Of a DNA stretch of 64,000 bases, positions 29,382 through 38,282 are shown piece by piece. Every line of letters starts with the position of its first letter. Positions within the stretch are counted from its first letter, which is position 1. A model generated the notes under the pieces. It was not told the DNA's origin, did not search any database, and worked only from the letters and a program-made list of their open reading frames with translations. The DNA comes from Opitutales bacterium (GTDB taxonomy: Bacteria > Verrucomicrobiota > Verrucomicrobiia > Opitutales > JABSRG01): the NCBI GenBank assembly GCA_049599475.1, contig JBMYOQ010000007.1, positions 49,800 through 113,799 on the forward strand. The letters are read 5' to 3'. Made by a program: the position numbers and the translations under genes.

Positions 29382-31466
29382 TTAACTGACCGGCATCGGG
29401 GGTCTTGTGAGCTTTTCGGCGATTTCTTCGCGCTCAGATTCTTCGATATCTCCCAGGATGTCCATGATCGTAATGATGCCGACAGTCTTCGAATCCTCGG
29501 TGACCATCACTTTGTTGGCCCCCTCGCGTACCATGATTTCGAGGGCTAGGCTCACCTCGGACATGGGGTGAACCTGTGGTACATCGCGCAGGTTTAGCGC
29601 GCTCAGATCAGAAGTCTGTGTGACGCCTTTTTGCTTGATGTAGTCGTAGAAATCGTCGCGACGGAAGACGCCTAGAAGTTTCTCAGTCTCCGGCTCGGTT
29701 ACGGGATAAATAGTGTGGCGGGTTTCTTTGAAAATCGAGAGGGTCTGCGCCACGGTAGTATTGCTCGGGATCGAGCTGACCTTTGGAATCATCTGCTCGG
29801 AAACAGGACTGCTCAGGAGGCTGTCGGGCAGCTGCTCGAACATCGATTGCAGATCCTCGGTAGTGCGATATTGCTGGGCTGAGCGCTTAAGTAGGCGTTG
29901 GAAATAGGTAGAGGTGCCCATGACTGCCTTGAACTCTCCACTGCTCAGGGCAATGAGGGTTGTCGCTTGTTTGGCTACAGCCTGGAAGCGCCAAGTGTCG
30001 TCTTCGAAAAGGGCACGTTCACCGAAGAATTCTCCTGCGCGGATCGTCTTGATCAGCTCGTCGCCATCGACGATGTCAATGCGTCCTGTCTTAACGACGT
30101 AGAAGGAGAATGCTGGTTCGCCCGGGTTGAATAGAATATTGCCTTCTTCGAGATAGACTTCTTGAAGCGAGCGGGTGTAGCGCGGACTGATTACATTTAT
30201 GTCGCGCGGGAAAAATAAGTCCAAGGTCCAGTCGATCATGACCCGTAGCTTTCGGTCGACACCTGGCAATTTGCTAAGGTAGATACTCCGCCACATGAAC
30301 CAGGCGATAAATCCTGAGAAATTGATGCCCATCACACTCGCCACGGCTGTCCGGTGACCAATCGCAGCCAATTCTCCAAGTCCGGTGAATTTGAAAGGCT
30401 TCGGCTTCTTGTCCCGTTGTAGGGCTACAAGGTTCTTTCCGAGTAAAACGCCCTGACGCATCGCGAACTGAGCGGTGGGCGCACAGGTTTCTTCCGATTT
30501 CCACAAGGGTACTGCGGCGCAGTCCCCGGCAGCATACACATAATCGGTGCCGACCACCTTCATGGTGTTGTCGGTCTCGATACGGCCACGGAAATTTTTA
30601 ATATCAAATTTGTCGCACAGGTCGCGGATCACGGAGTGAGGTGCAGTACCAACCGTCGATACGACACAGTGGCTCTCAATGATATCTCCATTATCCAGAT
30701 ACACCTGTTTGGAGGTCAGCGCTTTCACGCGTCGGTTCAGAAGGATATCGAGGCCGCGTTGCCGCAGCATCTTTTCCGCATAGCGGCCCAACTTCTCTGA
30801 AAGGGTCGGCAAAAGGACGTCCCGACTGTGTATCAAGACAACTCTAAATTCATCCTCCGAAATGTTTGTATAGAATTTGGTGATACCATGAAACAAGTCT
30901 ACGATCTGTCCCGCTGTTTCGACCCCTGAATATCCCCCGCCAACGACGACAAAGGTAAGCAGGCGTTTTTTGATCTCCGGATCTGTCTGGATGTTTGCCT
31001 CTTCAAAACGCCCAATGATGGTGGCGCGCAGTTTCATAGCATCACCCACGTTTTGCATCAAAAAGGCGTGTTCGGGCATGCCGGGCACGCGGCTCAGGTC
31101 GATTTCTGCGCCGAGCGCTAGGACAAGGCGTTTAAATTTTAGGCTCACCTTGGGCGAGAAGCTACCTGCGTTGAGCAGGACTTCCTTTTTCTCGTAATCG
31201 ATTTCCTTAACGCGACCTTTGAAAACACTCACTCCGCGGCAGAAGGTCCTCAGTGGATTGACCACAGCATTCGATGCCAGGGCCGATCCCGCGACCTCCG
31301 GTAGCATCGGCTGGAAGACGAGATAATTGTCTTCAGAAATGAGCGCCGTAGTCTTGGCCTCTTCAGGCGGGAGCATCTGACCAATGGTCTTAGCGCAGTA
31401 TGCACCCGCGAACCCGCCCCCCAGGATTACGGTGTCCATAGTAATCGTCTTAGTCGAATCGCTCAT
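29382..31466 (-). CDS. type II NADH dehydrogenase-like FAD oxidoreductase fused to cNMP-binding and CBS-pair domains
   Basis: GGGFAG, FQPMLPEVAG, VVGGGYSGVE, AAGDCA, APTAQFA.RQG; cNMP GEFFGERAL; CBS TIYPV..LLGVF, VGIITIMDI. Confidence 0.88.
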   Translation of the reverse strand: MSDSTKTITMDTVILGGGFAGAYCAKTIGQMLPPEEAKTTALISEDNYLVFQPMLPEVAGSALASNAVVNPLRTFCRGVSVFKGRVKEIDYEKKEVLLNAGSFSPKVSLKFKRLVLALGAEIDLSRVPGMPEHAFLMQNVGDAMKLRATIIGRFEEANIQTDPEIKKRLLTFVVVGGGYSGVETAGQIVDLFHGITKFYTNISEDEFRVVLIHSRDVLLPTLSEKLGRYAEKMLRQRGLDILLNRRVKALTSKQVYLDNGDIIESHCVVSTVGTAPHSVIRDLCDKFDIKNFRGRIETDNTMKVVGTDYVYAAGDCAAVPLWKSEETCAPTAQFAMRQGVLLGKNLVALQRDKKPKPFKFTGLGELAAIGHRTAVASVMGINFSGFIAWFMWRSIYLSKLPGVDRKLRVMIDWTLDLFFPRDINVISPRYTRSLQEVYLEEGNILFNPGEPAFSFYVVKTGRIDIVDGDELIKTIRAGEFFGERALFEDDTWRFQAVAKQATTLIALSSGEFKAVMGTSTYFQRLLKRSAQQYRTTEDLQSMFEQLPDSLLSSPVSEQMIPKVSSIPSNTTVAQTLSIFKETRHTIYPVTEPETEKLLGVFRRDDFYDYIKQKGVTQTSDLSALNLRDVPQVHPMSEVSLALEIMVREGANKVMVTEDSKTVGIITIMDILGDIEESEREEIAEKLTRPPMPVS

Positions 31467-31581
31467 AGTAGTTTGTATTTGCAGAATGGTGTCGTCGAAA
31501 CGCCGGGAAATCTCAGCAGATAAAGGCCCAAAGGCTGGGCATCCAGGATATAAGTGCGATTAATGAGAATAATTTCGCATC

Positions 31582-32433
31582 TTATGATACTTTGTATTTC
31601 GCCAGGTCATGAATGATCTTATTCTTGGCTTCTGTAACGTCGCCGATGATGGAAAATAGGTCGGTGTCTTCCGGTGAAATGACTCCCCATTTTTTGAATT
31701 TGTCAAAGTCGATTAAGTCATTCCAGAAGTCCGAACCGTAGAGGATGATCGGTAGCTTCTTGGTGATCTTCTGAGTCTGTATGAGGGTGAGTACCTCGAA
31801 GAGTTCGTCCATAGTTCCAAATCCTCCGGGGAAGACGACGATCGCCTTAGCCGGGTAGAGGAACCAATACTTGCGGACGAAAAAGTAATGGAATTCGAAA
31901 TTCAGCTCTTGGGGGATATAGGCATTATTGGATGCTTCGAAGGGTAGGGAAATGCCGAGGCCGATGGAGCGCCCGCCCGCTTCGTGGGCACCGCGATTGG
32001 CGGCTTCCATAATGCCAGGTCCGCCACCGGAGCATACGTAGTAGCGGTCTTTGGGCTCGTGGGCTTCTTGACTCCATTGGGTGAGTTGTTTCGAGAGCTC
32101 GCGTGCGTCTTCGTAGTAACGAGACACTTTCAGCTGTCCCTCTAGAAACGCTTTCTCTTCAGAAAGGTCGGAGTCGCCTCCCTCCTTTTCCAGAGTCTCG
32201 AGTTTTTCTTCGATGGTCGCGATGGGCTGGATCCGTGCCGAACCGAAGAAGACGATGCTATTGTTTACCGACTGGTTTTTGAATCGGTAGTAGGGCTCGA
32301 GTAACTCGCATTGGACGCGGATATGGCGAGCGGCTGTGCTGTTCAGAAAATCTGCGTTGCGGTAGGCTTTAGGTGGTTTGCTCCCAGAGGAATCTGAGAT
32401 GCCGAAGGGTTCAGAGCTAGAGTAATTATCCAT
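31582..32433 (-). CDS. LOG family protein (TIGR00730-like nucleotide phosphoribohydrolase)
   Basis: FFGSAR, SGGGPGIMEAANRGA, FHYFFVRK, PGGFGTMDE. Confidence 0.92.
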   Translation of the reverse strand: MDNYSSSEPFGISDSSGSKPPKAYRNADFLNSTAARHIRVQCELLEPYYRFKNQSVNNSIVFFGSARIQPIATIEEKLETLEKEGGDSDLSEEKAFLEGQLKVSRYYEDARELSKQLTQWSQEAHEPKDRYYVCSGGGPGIMEAANRGAHEAGGRSIGLGISLPFEASNNAYIPQELNFEFHYFFVRKYWFLYPAKAIVVFPGGFGTMDELFEVLTLIQTQKITKKLPIILYGSDFWNDLIDFDKFKKWGVISPEDTDLFSIIGDVTEAKNKIIHDLAKYKVS

Positions 32434-32475
32434 AGCTCCAAATGTCGGCAGAATACCGCCTAAATTGAATTGGTG

Positions 32476-33378
32476 CTATTTCGCAACTTTCTCAAGCTCA
32501 GCAAAATAGAGACTCGCCAATGCTTGAGTGCCTTTCATCGCATAGCCCGACTCTGCGAGGGCTTCATATTGGGAAAGAGAGAGCTCTAAACCTGGGAGAT
32601 GTAGGCCCATATCCTGCGCGCTCGATAGAGCAATACGCATGTCCTTGATAAAGTGATGAACGAAGAAGCCTGCCTCGAGATCGTCCTTCAGAATGCGCGG
32701 TGCAAGGTTGTCCATGCTCCAGCTCCCGGCAGCGCCTTTTGAAATGCTCTTAAGGACTGTCTCGGGATCGAGCTTGGCAGATTTTGCAAAAGTGAGCGCC
32801 TCGACCATTCCCAGCATTCCGCCACCGATGGCGATTTGATTGCACATCTTGGTGTTTTGGCCTGCGCCTGCGGGACCTTGGTAGACGATGTTGGCGCCCA
32901 TTTTTTCAAAGAGCGGCAGGGTCTTTTCAAAAGATGGTGCCTCGCCTCCGACCATGATGGACAGCTTGCCATTGCGCGCTCCGAGGTCGCCGCCAGATAC
33001 CGGGGCATCGAGCACGCTGACTCCCTTTGCCGCCCCAACTTCGGCAATTTTCTTAGCAAGTGCCGGGGACGATGTGGTCATATCTACCGCGATGGCTCCG
33101 CTCTCAAGGGCATCGATGATTCCTGGCTGGCTCAGGTAGACGGATTCAACATCAGTCGGGTCCCCGACGATGGTAAACACGAAATCAGCACCTTTGGCAG
33201 CTTCAGCGGGACTGTCTTTCCAAACTGCGCCTTTTTGAATCAAATTCTCGGCCTTGCTCGACGTGCGTGTAAACACCGCCATCTGGCAACCTGCATCCAG
33301 TAGATGTCCGGCCATTGAGTTTCCCATTACGCCGAGTCCAATGAAGGCGACGCGTGTTTCGCTAAAATCGATGCTCAT
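32476..33378 (-). CDS. 3-hydroxyisobutyrate/2-hydroxy-3-oxopropionate reductase family oxidoreductase
   Basis: FIGLGVMG, DAPVSGG, GAGQNTKMCNQ, FIKDM. Confidence 0.92.
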   Translation of the reverse strand: MSIDFSETRVAFIGLGVMGNSMAGHLLDAGCQMAVFTRTSSKAENLIQKGAVWKDSPAEAAKGADFVFTIVGDPTDVESVYLSQPGIIDALESGAIAVDMTTSSPALAKKIAEVGAAKGVSVLDAPVSGGDLGARNGKLSIMVGGEAPSFEKTLPLFEKMGANIVYQGPAGAGQNTKMCNQIAIGGGMLGMVEALTFAKSAKLDPETVLKSISKGAAGSWSMDNLAPRILKDDLEAGFFVHHFIKDMRIALSSAQDMGLHLPGLELSLSQYEALAESGYAMKGTQALASLYFAELEKVAK

Positions 33379-33427
33379 AAAAACGAGTGAGCACGGATCA
33401 TTCGCGTTTGAAAGGAAGAAAGAGAAA

Positions 33428-34021
33428 TTAGTGAGAAATTGGGCTCGCGGCCGGGGCTGGGCTAAAGGTCCATTCCTTCAGGAGGTCTATTGGTGCACCG
33501 AGTTTGCATGCTTGGGTCGCGCGGCCTATGGCCATGGTGCCCTGTAGGGTATTATTCCAAAGCTCGGCGAGGGTTTTAGCATCGTAATCTGCGGAAATCT
33601 CGCCGGCTTGTTGAGCTGCTTCAATGATATCTTGAATGCCCTGTGCAGAAGCGATGATGAAAGTTTTTAGCTCTTCGCGGACATCTTCGGGGAGTCCGTG
33701 GAATTCTCCAGACATGGCTCCGCAGATGCAAATTTTACTACATCCTAGGGTGCCATCGAAAATGTCCAAAAGTGCCTCAAATTGGGCTTTGGGACTGTCG
33801 TGATTGGCCTTTACCTCGGCAATCAAATTTTCAAAGCAGGCACGGTAGCTCTGGATTAAGGCGATGCCCAGATGTGCCTTGGTGGGAAAGTGGTAGTGAA
33901 TGCTCGCCGTTGTAATGCCCACAGCCGCGCTCAAATCGTGAAAGCTAAAGCCTTGATACCCTTTCTCCTGAACGAGGGTCTGGGCGACTTCGAGAAGCTT
34001 GTCTTTGTTTTTGGAAGGCAT
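33428..34021 (-). CDS. TetR/AcrR family regulator
   Basis: N-terminal HTH GYQGFSFHDLSAAVGITTASIHYHFPTK; CICG in ligand domain. Confidence 0.92.
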   Translation of the reverse strand: MPSKNKDKLLEVAQTLVQEKGYQGFSFHDLSAAVGITTASIHYHFPTKAHLGIALIQSYRACFENLIAEVKANHDSPKAQFEALLDIFDGTLGCSKICICGAMSGEFHGLPEDVREELKTFIIASAQGIQDIIEAAQQAGEISADYDAKTLAELWNNTLQGTMAIGRATQACKLGAPIDLLKEWTFSPAPAASPISH

Positions 34022-34043
34022 GAATGGCTTGGATTAGGATATA

Positions 34044-34874
34044 TTAGGCGGATGTTGCGGCTTCGACTTTATCATTAGATCCCGCTGGCTCGCTTTCCTT
34101 CCCGGCAATTTTCTGAAGAATCTGAGCTGCGGCCATAAATCCCATAGTCCCAGTGATTGCTGATAGGGTGCCGAAGCCGTTGTCGCAGTTGAGTCGGTAG
34201 TCTGCGCCTTTTTCCCGGCGTTCACAGACGGTGCCGTCCTCTTTTGGGTATTTCGGCTCTTCGGGAGTGAACACGCAGTCTACTTTGAAACGCCAGCGGC
34301 GCGCGCGTGGAAAGTCGTGTTTTTGGCGAAGCCGCTTACGAGTCAGGCTGAGTAGGGGGTCGTTAAAACTCTTGGAAAGGTCGACGATCTGAATCTGCCC
34401 GGGATCGGTGCGGCCTCCTGCGCCGCCCGAGGTGATGACAGGGATGCCCCGCTTTCGGCATTCGACGATCAAATGGCATTTGTGCGGGATGCTGTCTATC
34501 GCATCGAAAACGTAATCGAAGCCCGGCTCCAGAATCTGGTCTGAGGTGGATTCGGTGTAGAAGGATTCTTCTAGGTGGAGATCGATCACCGGATGGATGG
34601 CACGGATGCGGTCACCCATGGCCTTTACTTTGGGCTGACCAATGGTGCCATCCATTGCATGGATCTGGCGATTGACGTTGGTGATGCATACTTCGTCGGC
34701 ATCCACAAGGGTCAGGTGGCCTATCCCAGAGCGGGCCAAGGCCTCCGCAGCCCAGGTGCCTACGCCACCGATGCCGATCACGCACACCCGCGCAGACGCA
34801 ATGCGCTCAAAGCCTTGCATACCATACAGGCGCTGTATGCCACCGAATCGGAAATGGGTCTCGTTCTCTGTCAC
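34044..34874 (-). CDS. tcdA: tRNA threonylcarbamoyladenosine dehydratase (ThiF family)
   Basis: RFGGIQRLYG, GIGGVGTWAAEALARSG, TNVNRQ, DAID, GGAGGRTDP, LNCDNGFG. Confidence 0.92.
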   Translation of the reverse strand: MTENETHFRFGGIQRLYGMQGFERIASARVCVIGIGGVGTWAAEALARSGIGHLTLVDADEVCITNVNRQIHAMDGTIGQPKVKAMGDRIRAIHPVIDLHLEESFYTESTSDQILEPGFDYVFDAIDSIPHKCHLIVECRKRGIPVITSGGAGGRTDPGQIQIVDLSKSFNDPLLSLTRKRLRQKHDFPRARRWRFKVDCVFTPEEPKYPKEDGTVCERREKGADYRLNCDNGFGTLSAITGTMGFMAAAQILQKIAGKESEPAGSNDKVEAATSA

Positions 34875-34894
34875 TTGGGTTTTGGTTTCATTCG

Positions 34895-34973
34895 ATTTGT
34901 CCGCAGATTACGCAGATTACATGGATTCTAAAAAGGAAAAATCTGCGTCCATCTGCATAATCTGCGGATAAAT
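34895..34973. repeat. imperfect inverted repeat of tandem ~9-mers (GCAGATTAC)
   Basis: ATTTGTCCGCAGATTACGCAGATTACATGGATT ... AATCTGCGTCCATCTGCATAATCTGCGGATAAAT. Confidence 0.78.
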
Positions 34974-35058
34974 ACCCATAGAGGGGGGGATATTTGATTC
35001 TTTTAATAGATTATACTTTACCTTGAGCGGCAAATCTGGCTTTTTCTTCCGCTTCATC

Positions 35059-35256
35059 ATGATCAAGACACGCAAATCCATCGCAAAGCGATTCAAGGTA
35101 ACTGGAACAGGCAAGCTCAAGCGCCGCAGCCCCGGTTTCCGTCACTTGTTGCGTAACAAGTCAACCAAGTCGCGTCGCCGCGCAGGTCAGGACAAGATCC
35201 TCCCTGAGAGCCACGCACAGGTGCTTCGTAACGCTATCAGCCCAGGACGCAAGTAA
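35059..35256 (+). CDS. rpmI: 50S ribosomal protein L35
   Basis: KTRKSIAKRFKVTGTGK, RHLL..KSTK..R; ATG at 35059. Confidence 0.97.
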   Translation: MIKTRKSIAKRFKVTGTGKLKRRSPGFRHLLRNKSTKSRRRAGQDKILPESHAQVLRNAISPGRK

Positions 35257-35346
35257 TCGCTGGTCATCAAGAGAAACTAAACGCACTGGGTAAAACGAAC
35301 AGGCGACCCAGCCGTTTCATTAATCATACTAGAAAGAGAGTAAAAC

Positions 35347-35718
35347 ATGCCTAGAGCTACTAATGGACCCGCGACGCTGAAGCGCCGCAAACGCACGGTC
35401 AAACAAGCCAGCGGACAGTTCGGCAACGCAAGCCGCCTTTACCGCTACGCACGTCAAGCAGTCACACGCGCTGGACAGTTCGCATACCGCGACCGCCGCA
35501 AGAAGAAGACTGAAATGCGTCAGTTGTGGATCGTCCGCATCAACGCAGCATGCCGCGAAGAAGGCATCAGCTACAGCCGCCTTATCAATGGCCTCAAGCT
35601 CGCTAGCATCGAGTTGAACCGCAAGGTTCTCTCAGAGATCGCTATCCACGAGCCAGAGCAATTCAAGGCACTTTGCGAAAAGGCAAAAGCTGCTTTGGAA
35701 GCAAAGACCGCTGCTTAA
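35347..35718 (+). CDS. rplT: 50S ribosomal protein L20
   Basis: AYRDRRKKK..MRQLWIVRINAA, SYSRLINGL, LNRKVLSEIA. Confidence 0.98.
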   Translation: MPRATNGPATLKRRKRTVKQASGQFGNASRLYRYARQAVTRAGQFAYRDRRKKKTEMRQLWIVRINAACREEGISYSRLINGLKLASIELNRKVLSEIAIHEPEQFKALCEKAKAALEAKTAA

Positions 35719-35743
35719 TCGACTGATCTAAGCCAAAAATTTC

Positions 35744-35777
35744 AAAGCCCGCATCTTTCGAGATAGCGGGCTTTTTT
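35744..35777 (+). terminator. intrinsic terminator after rplT
   Basis: AAAGCCCGC-ATCT-ttcg-AGAT-a-GCGGGCTTTTTT. Confidence 0.85.
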
Positions 35778-35805
35778 GTGTCTGAATAACTGGGTGGCTT
35801 TTTAA

Positions 35806-35881
35806 ACCACAGATTACATTGATGGCACAGATTGAGTAGCTTCTCTAAAACCGTATCCGTGTTTTCTGTGAAATCTGTGGT
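35806..35881. repeat. imperfect inverted repeat of tandem ~9-mers (CACAGATTA-type)
   Basis: ACCACAGATTACATTGATGGCACAGAT ... ATCCGTGTTTTCTGTGAAATCTGTGGT. Confidence 0.7.
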
Positions 35882-35895
35882 CAGCCAAGATAATC

Positions 35896-36258
35896 TTAAG
35901 CAAAGGGCTTATAGATGCCGGCGAAGGAAGCGACACCTCCCAGGACGAGTAGGGTGAAGAACCAGACTTTGTTCATCTCGGGCTTCTTATTGATCAATGC
36001 GACCATTCCTCCAAAAATGACCCAAACGACGACCTTGATGATCATCCAGATGGAAGCGTAGCTATATCCCATTTTGGCCATCATTCCGAATCCGCCTAGT
36101 AGGACCAGGAACAGTCCGATGCCACTGACTATCGCCCCGAATTTACGAAGAGCTTTGTCGTCGCTTCCCAGCGCTGCGCGAAAGATGAGACCACCGTAGC
36201 TGATGTAGATCGCGAAGATACCAATAAAGTGCAAGAGTTTGTAGAAAGGATAAGGCAT
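35896..36258 (-). CDS. small 4-TM membrane protein (SirB2/DUF2269-like)
   Basis: YKLLHFIG, GLFLVLLGGFGM, WMIIK, C-terminal YKPF. Confidence 0.75.
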   Translation of the reverse strand: MPYPFYKLLHFIGIFAIYISYGGLIFRAALGSDDKALRKFGAIVSGIGLFLVLLGGFGMMAKMGYSYASIWMIIKVVVWVIFGGMVALINKKPEMNKVWFFTLLVLGGVASFAGIYKPFA

Positions 36259-36411
36259 AGCCGTGAACGATGGAGGGCTTGAAATTTTAGATCCAGATCA
36301 ATCTGCGAATTAGTCGAGAATTCTTATCTCGGTATGCAGCTCAAGTGCTTTCGGTTTCTCGATTGCTGATACCGATTGCCAAACACGATATCTTTTATTG
36401 AATGGCGGTTT

Positions 36412-38175
36412 ATGGATGCCTTGGTCACCGCTCCCGCAATTGAGAAAATCGCCGTATTTAATGCCCGCAATTGGCTGGTGCTGCAGAGGCGTGTAGGCAC
36501 ATCTGAGTGGGGACTGATCCCTTTGGATTTAGAGAAGGTGAGCATTGATCGAAAAGGGCGTTCTATTCTGGAAATTAGTGAATCGATCCGCTCAGTGGTC
36601 GCCCTAGTCCCAGGGACAACAATCGGGTTCGCCAGGCTGGAAGATCCTTCAGACGATCTGCCGACTGCAGATGGCTGGGAGTCTCGTTGTTTTACTTTCA
36701 GGGAGCTATGGTTGAAATCCGAGCCGGGTGACGAATACCACTATTTGAGAGAGTCTCTTGAGAGCATGCGCCCAGAGTTGGCTAAGGTGCCTTATTTGAA
36801 TTTCGGCCGTCATGATTTCATCTACCGTTTCCGATCCGACAAGGAGCGCAACAGCGCCGCGTACACGATCGACGAGGAGTCCGCGGCTTTGTACCAGAGC
36901 CGGATATGTGCGTTGATCAAGGCTGCAAAGCGACAAAAGGAGAATTCTGCAGGGAAGCCGGCGTTTATAGATTTTGGACCCCTTCAATATGTGATTCCAA
37001 GCCACTTCGGCTTTTGTTTAGGAGTCCAGAATGCGATCGAGCGTGCCTATGAAACGCTGGCAGCCAATCCTGGTAAGCGCGTCTTCATGTTGAGTGAATT
37101 AATCCATAACCCGTTTGTGAACGAAGATCTTCAGAAACGAGGTTTACGTTACCTTCAATCAGATAAGGGCAAGCCTACGATCGATGCCGAGACGGGTCGT
37201 TTGGCTTGGGATACGCTTAGCTCGGATGATGTCGTGATTATTCCGGCATTTGGTGCGACTCGTGAGGACAAGGCGCGCCTGGTGGAGCATGGATTATCTA
37301 TTTCTGAAAATGATGCTACCTGCATGCTTGTTGAAAAAGTATGGAAGGCTGCGGCTCGCTTTGGGGAAGCCGGATATACCGTGGTGGTTCATGGAAAAGC
37401 AGAGCACGAAGAGACCAAAGCTACCTTTTCGCATGCGTCTCAGTGGGGGCCGTCTTTAACGATTCGCAACTTCGAAGAGGCGCTAGTACTTGAGAATATG
37501 ATACGCTCCAAAGTCGATGCAGAGAAGCGTTCGTTGCTGACATATTTTGCTGGGCGTCACTCTGTCGGTTTCGATCCAACGAAGGATTTGGAGAAAATCG
37601 CTTTTGTGAACCAAACGACCTTATTGCGCAACGAGACGCTCAAAATCATTGGGCACTTCCGAGATCTATTTACTGAGCTGTATGGCGCCGATGGCGCGGC
37701 TGAGCGTGTGAACGGTAAGGGGCAGGGAGACACGCTTTGCTACGCTACGCAGGTCAATCAAGATGCTTTGCACCTAGCTCTGGGTGGCGATGTTGACTTT
37801 GCTTTTGTCGTTGGAGGTAAGAATTCTTCCAATACATACCAGCTGTTTAGAGTGTGTGAGTCAAAGCTCGGAGAGGCTGCATACTTTATTCAAAACGAAA
37901 AAAATATCGGAGATACTGCGGTCCGCCATTATATTTTCCCTCAAGACCCTAAGGATAAAAAGCAGGGGGTTTATGTAGAGCGAGCATTCGACTTTGGAGC
38001 TAAAGTTCAGTCTCTCGGGCGCCCGTTGAAAGTATTGATAACCGGTGGGGCTTCGTGCCCAGATGGTATTATTCAGCAAGTAATCACCCGAATAAACGGT
38101 ATGCTGGCTTCCGACGGGCAGACGCTTCGCGCGGTTGATGAGGTCCTTGCTGATTTCGAAGAGACTGAAAGCTGA
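36412..38175 (+). CDS. ispH: 4-hydroxy-3-methylbut-2-enyl diphosphate reductase with long N-terminal extension
   Basis: FGFCLGVQNAI, ELIHNPFV, PAFG, DATC, HGKAEHEET, NQTT, DTLCYAT, VGGKNSSNT, GASCPD. Confidence 0.92.
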   Translation: MDALVTAPAIEKIAVFNARNWLVLQRRVGTSEWGLIPLDLEKVSIDRKGRSILEISESIRSVVALVPGTTIGFARLEDPSDDLPTADGWESRCFTFRELWLKSEPGDEYHYLRESLESMRPELAKVPYLNFGRHDFIYRFRSDKERNSAAYTIDEESAALYQSRICALIKAAKRQKENSAGKPAFIDFGPLQYVIPSHFGFCLGVQNAIERAYETLAANPGKRVFMLSELIHNPFVNEDLQKRGLRYLQSDKGKPTIDAETGRLAWDTLSSDDVVIIPAFGATREDKARLVEHGLSISENDATCMLVEKVWKAAARFGEAGYTVVVHGKAEHEETKATFSHASQWGPSLTIRNFEEALVLENMIRSKVDAEKRSLLTYFAGRHSVGFDPTKDLEKIAFVNQTTLLRNETLKIIGHFRDLFTELYGADGAAERVNGKGQGDTLCYATQVNQDALHLALGGDVDFAFVVGGKNSSNTYQLFRVCESKLGEAAYFIQNEKNIGDTAVRHYIFPQDPKDKKQGVYVERAFDFGAKVQSLGRPLKVLITGGASCPDGIIQQVITRINGMLASDGQTLRAVDEVLADFEETES

Positions 38176-38282
38176 GCTTTTGACATCAAAAAAGGTGAAA
38201 ATATCGCAAATTGGTCCGATATCCAGGGTGCGCTTCAACTTGGAGCTTCACACGAGGAAATAGTCTCTTTTTGTCTTTAAGT

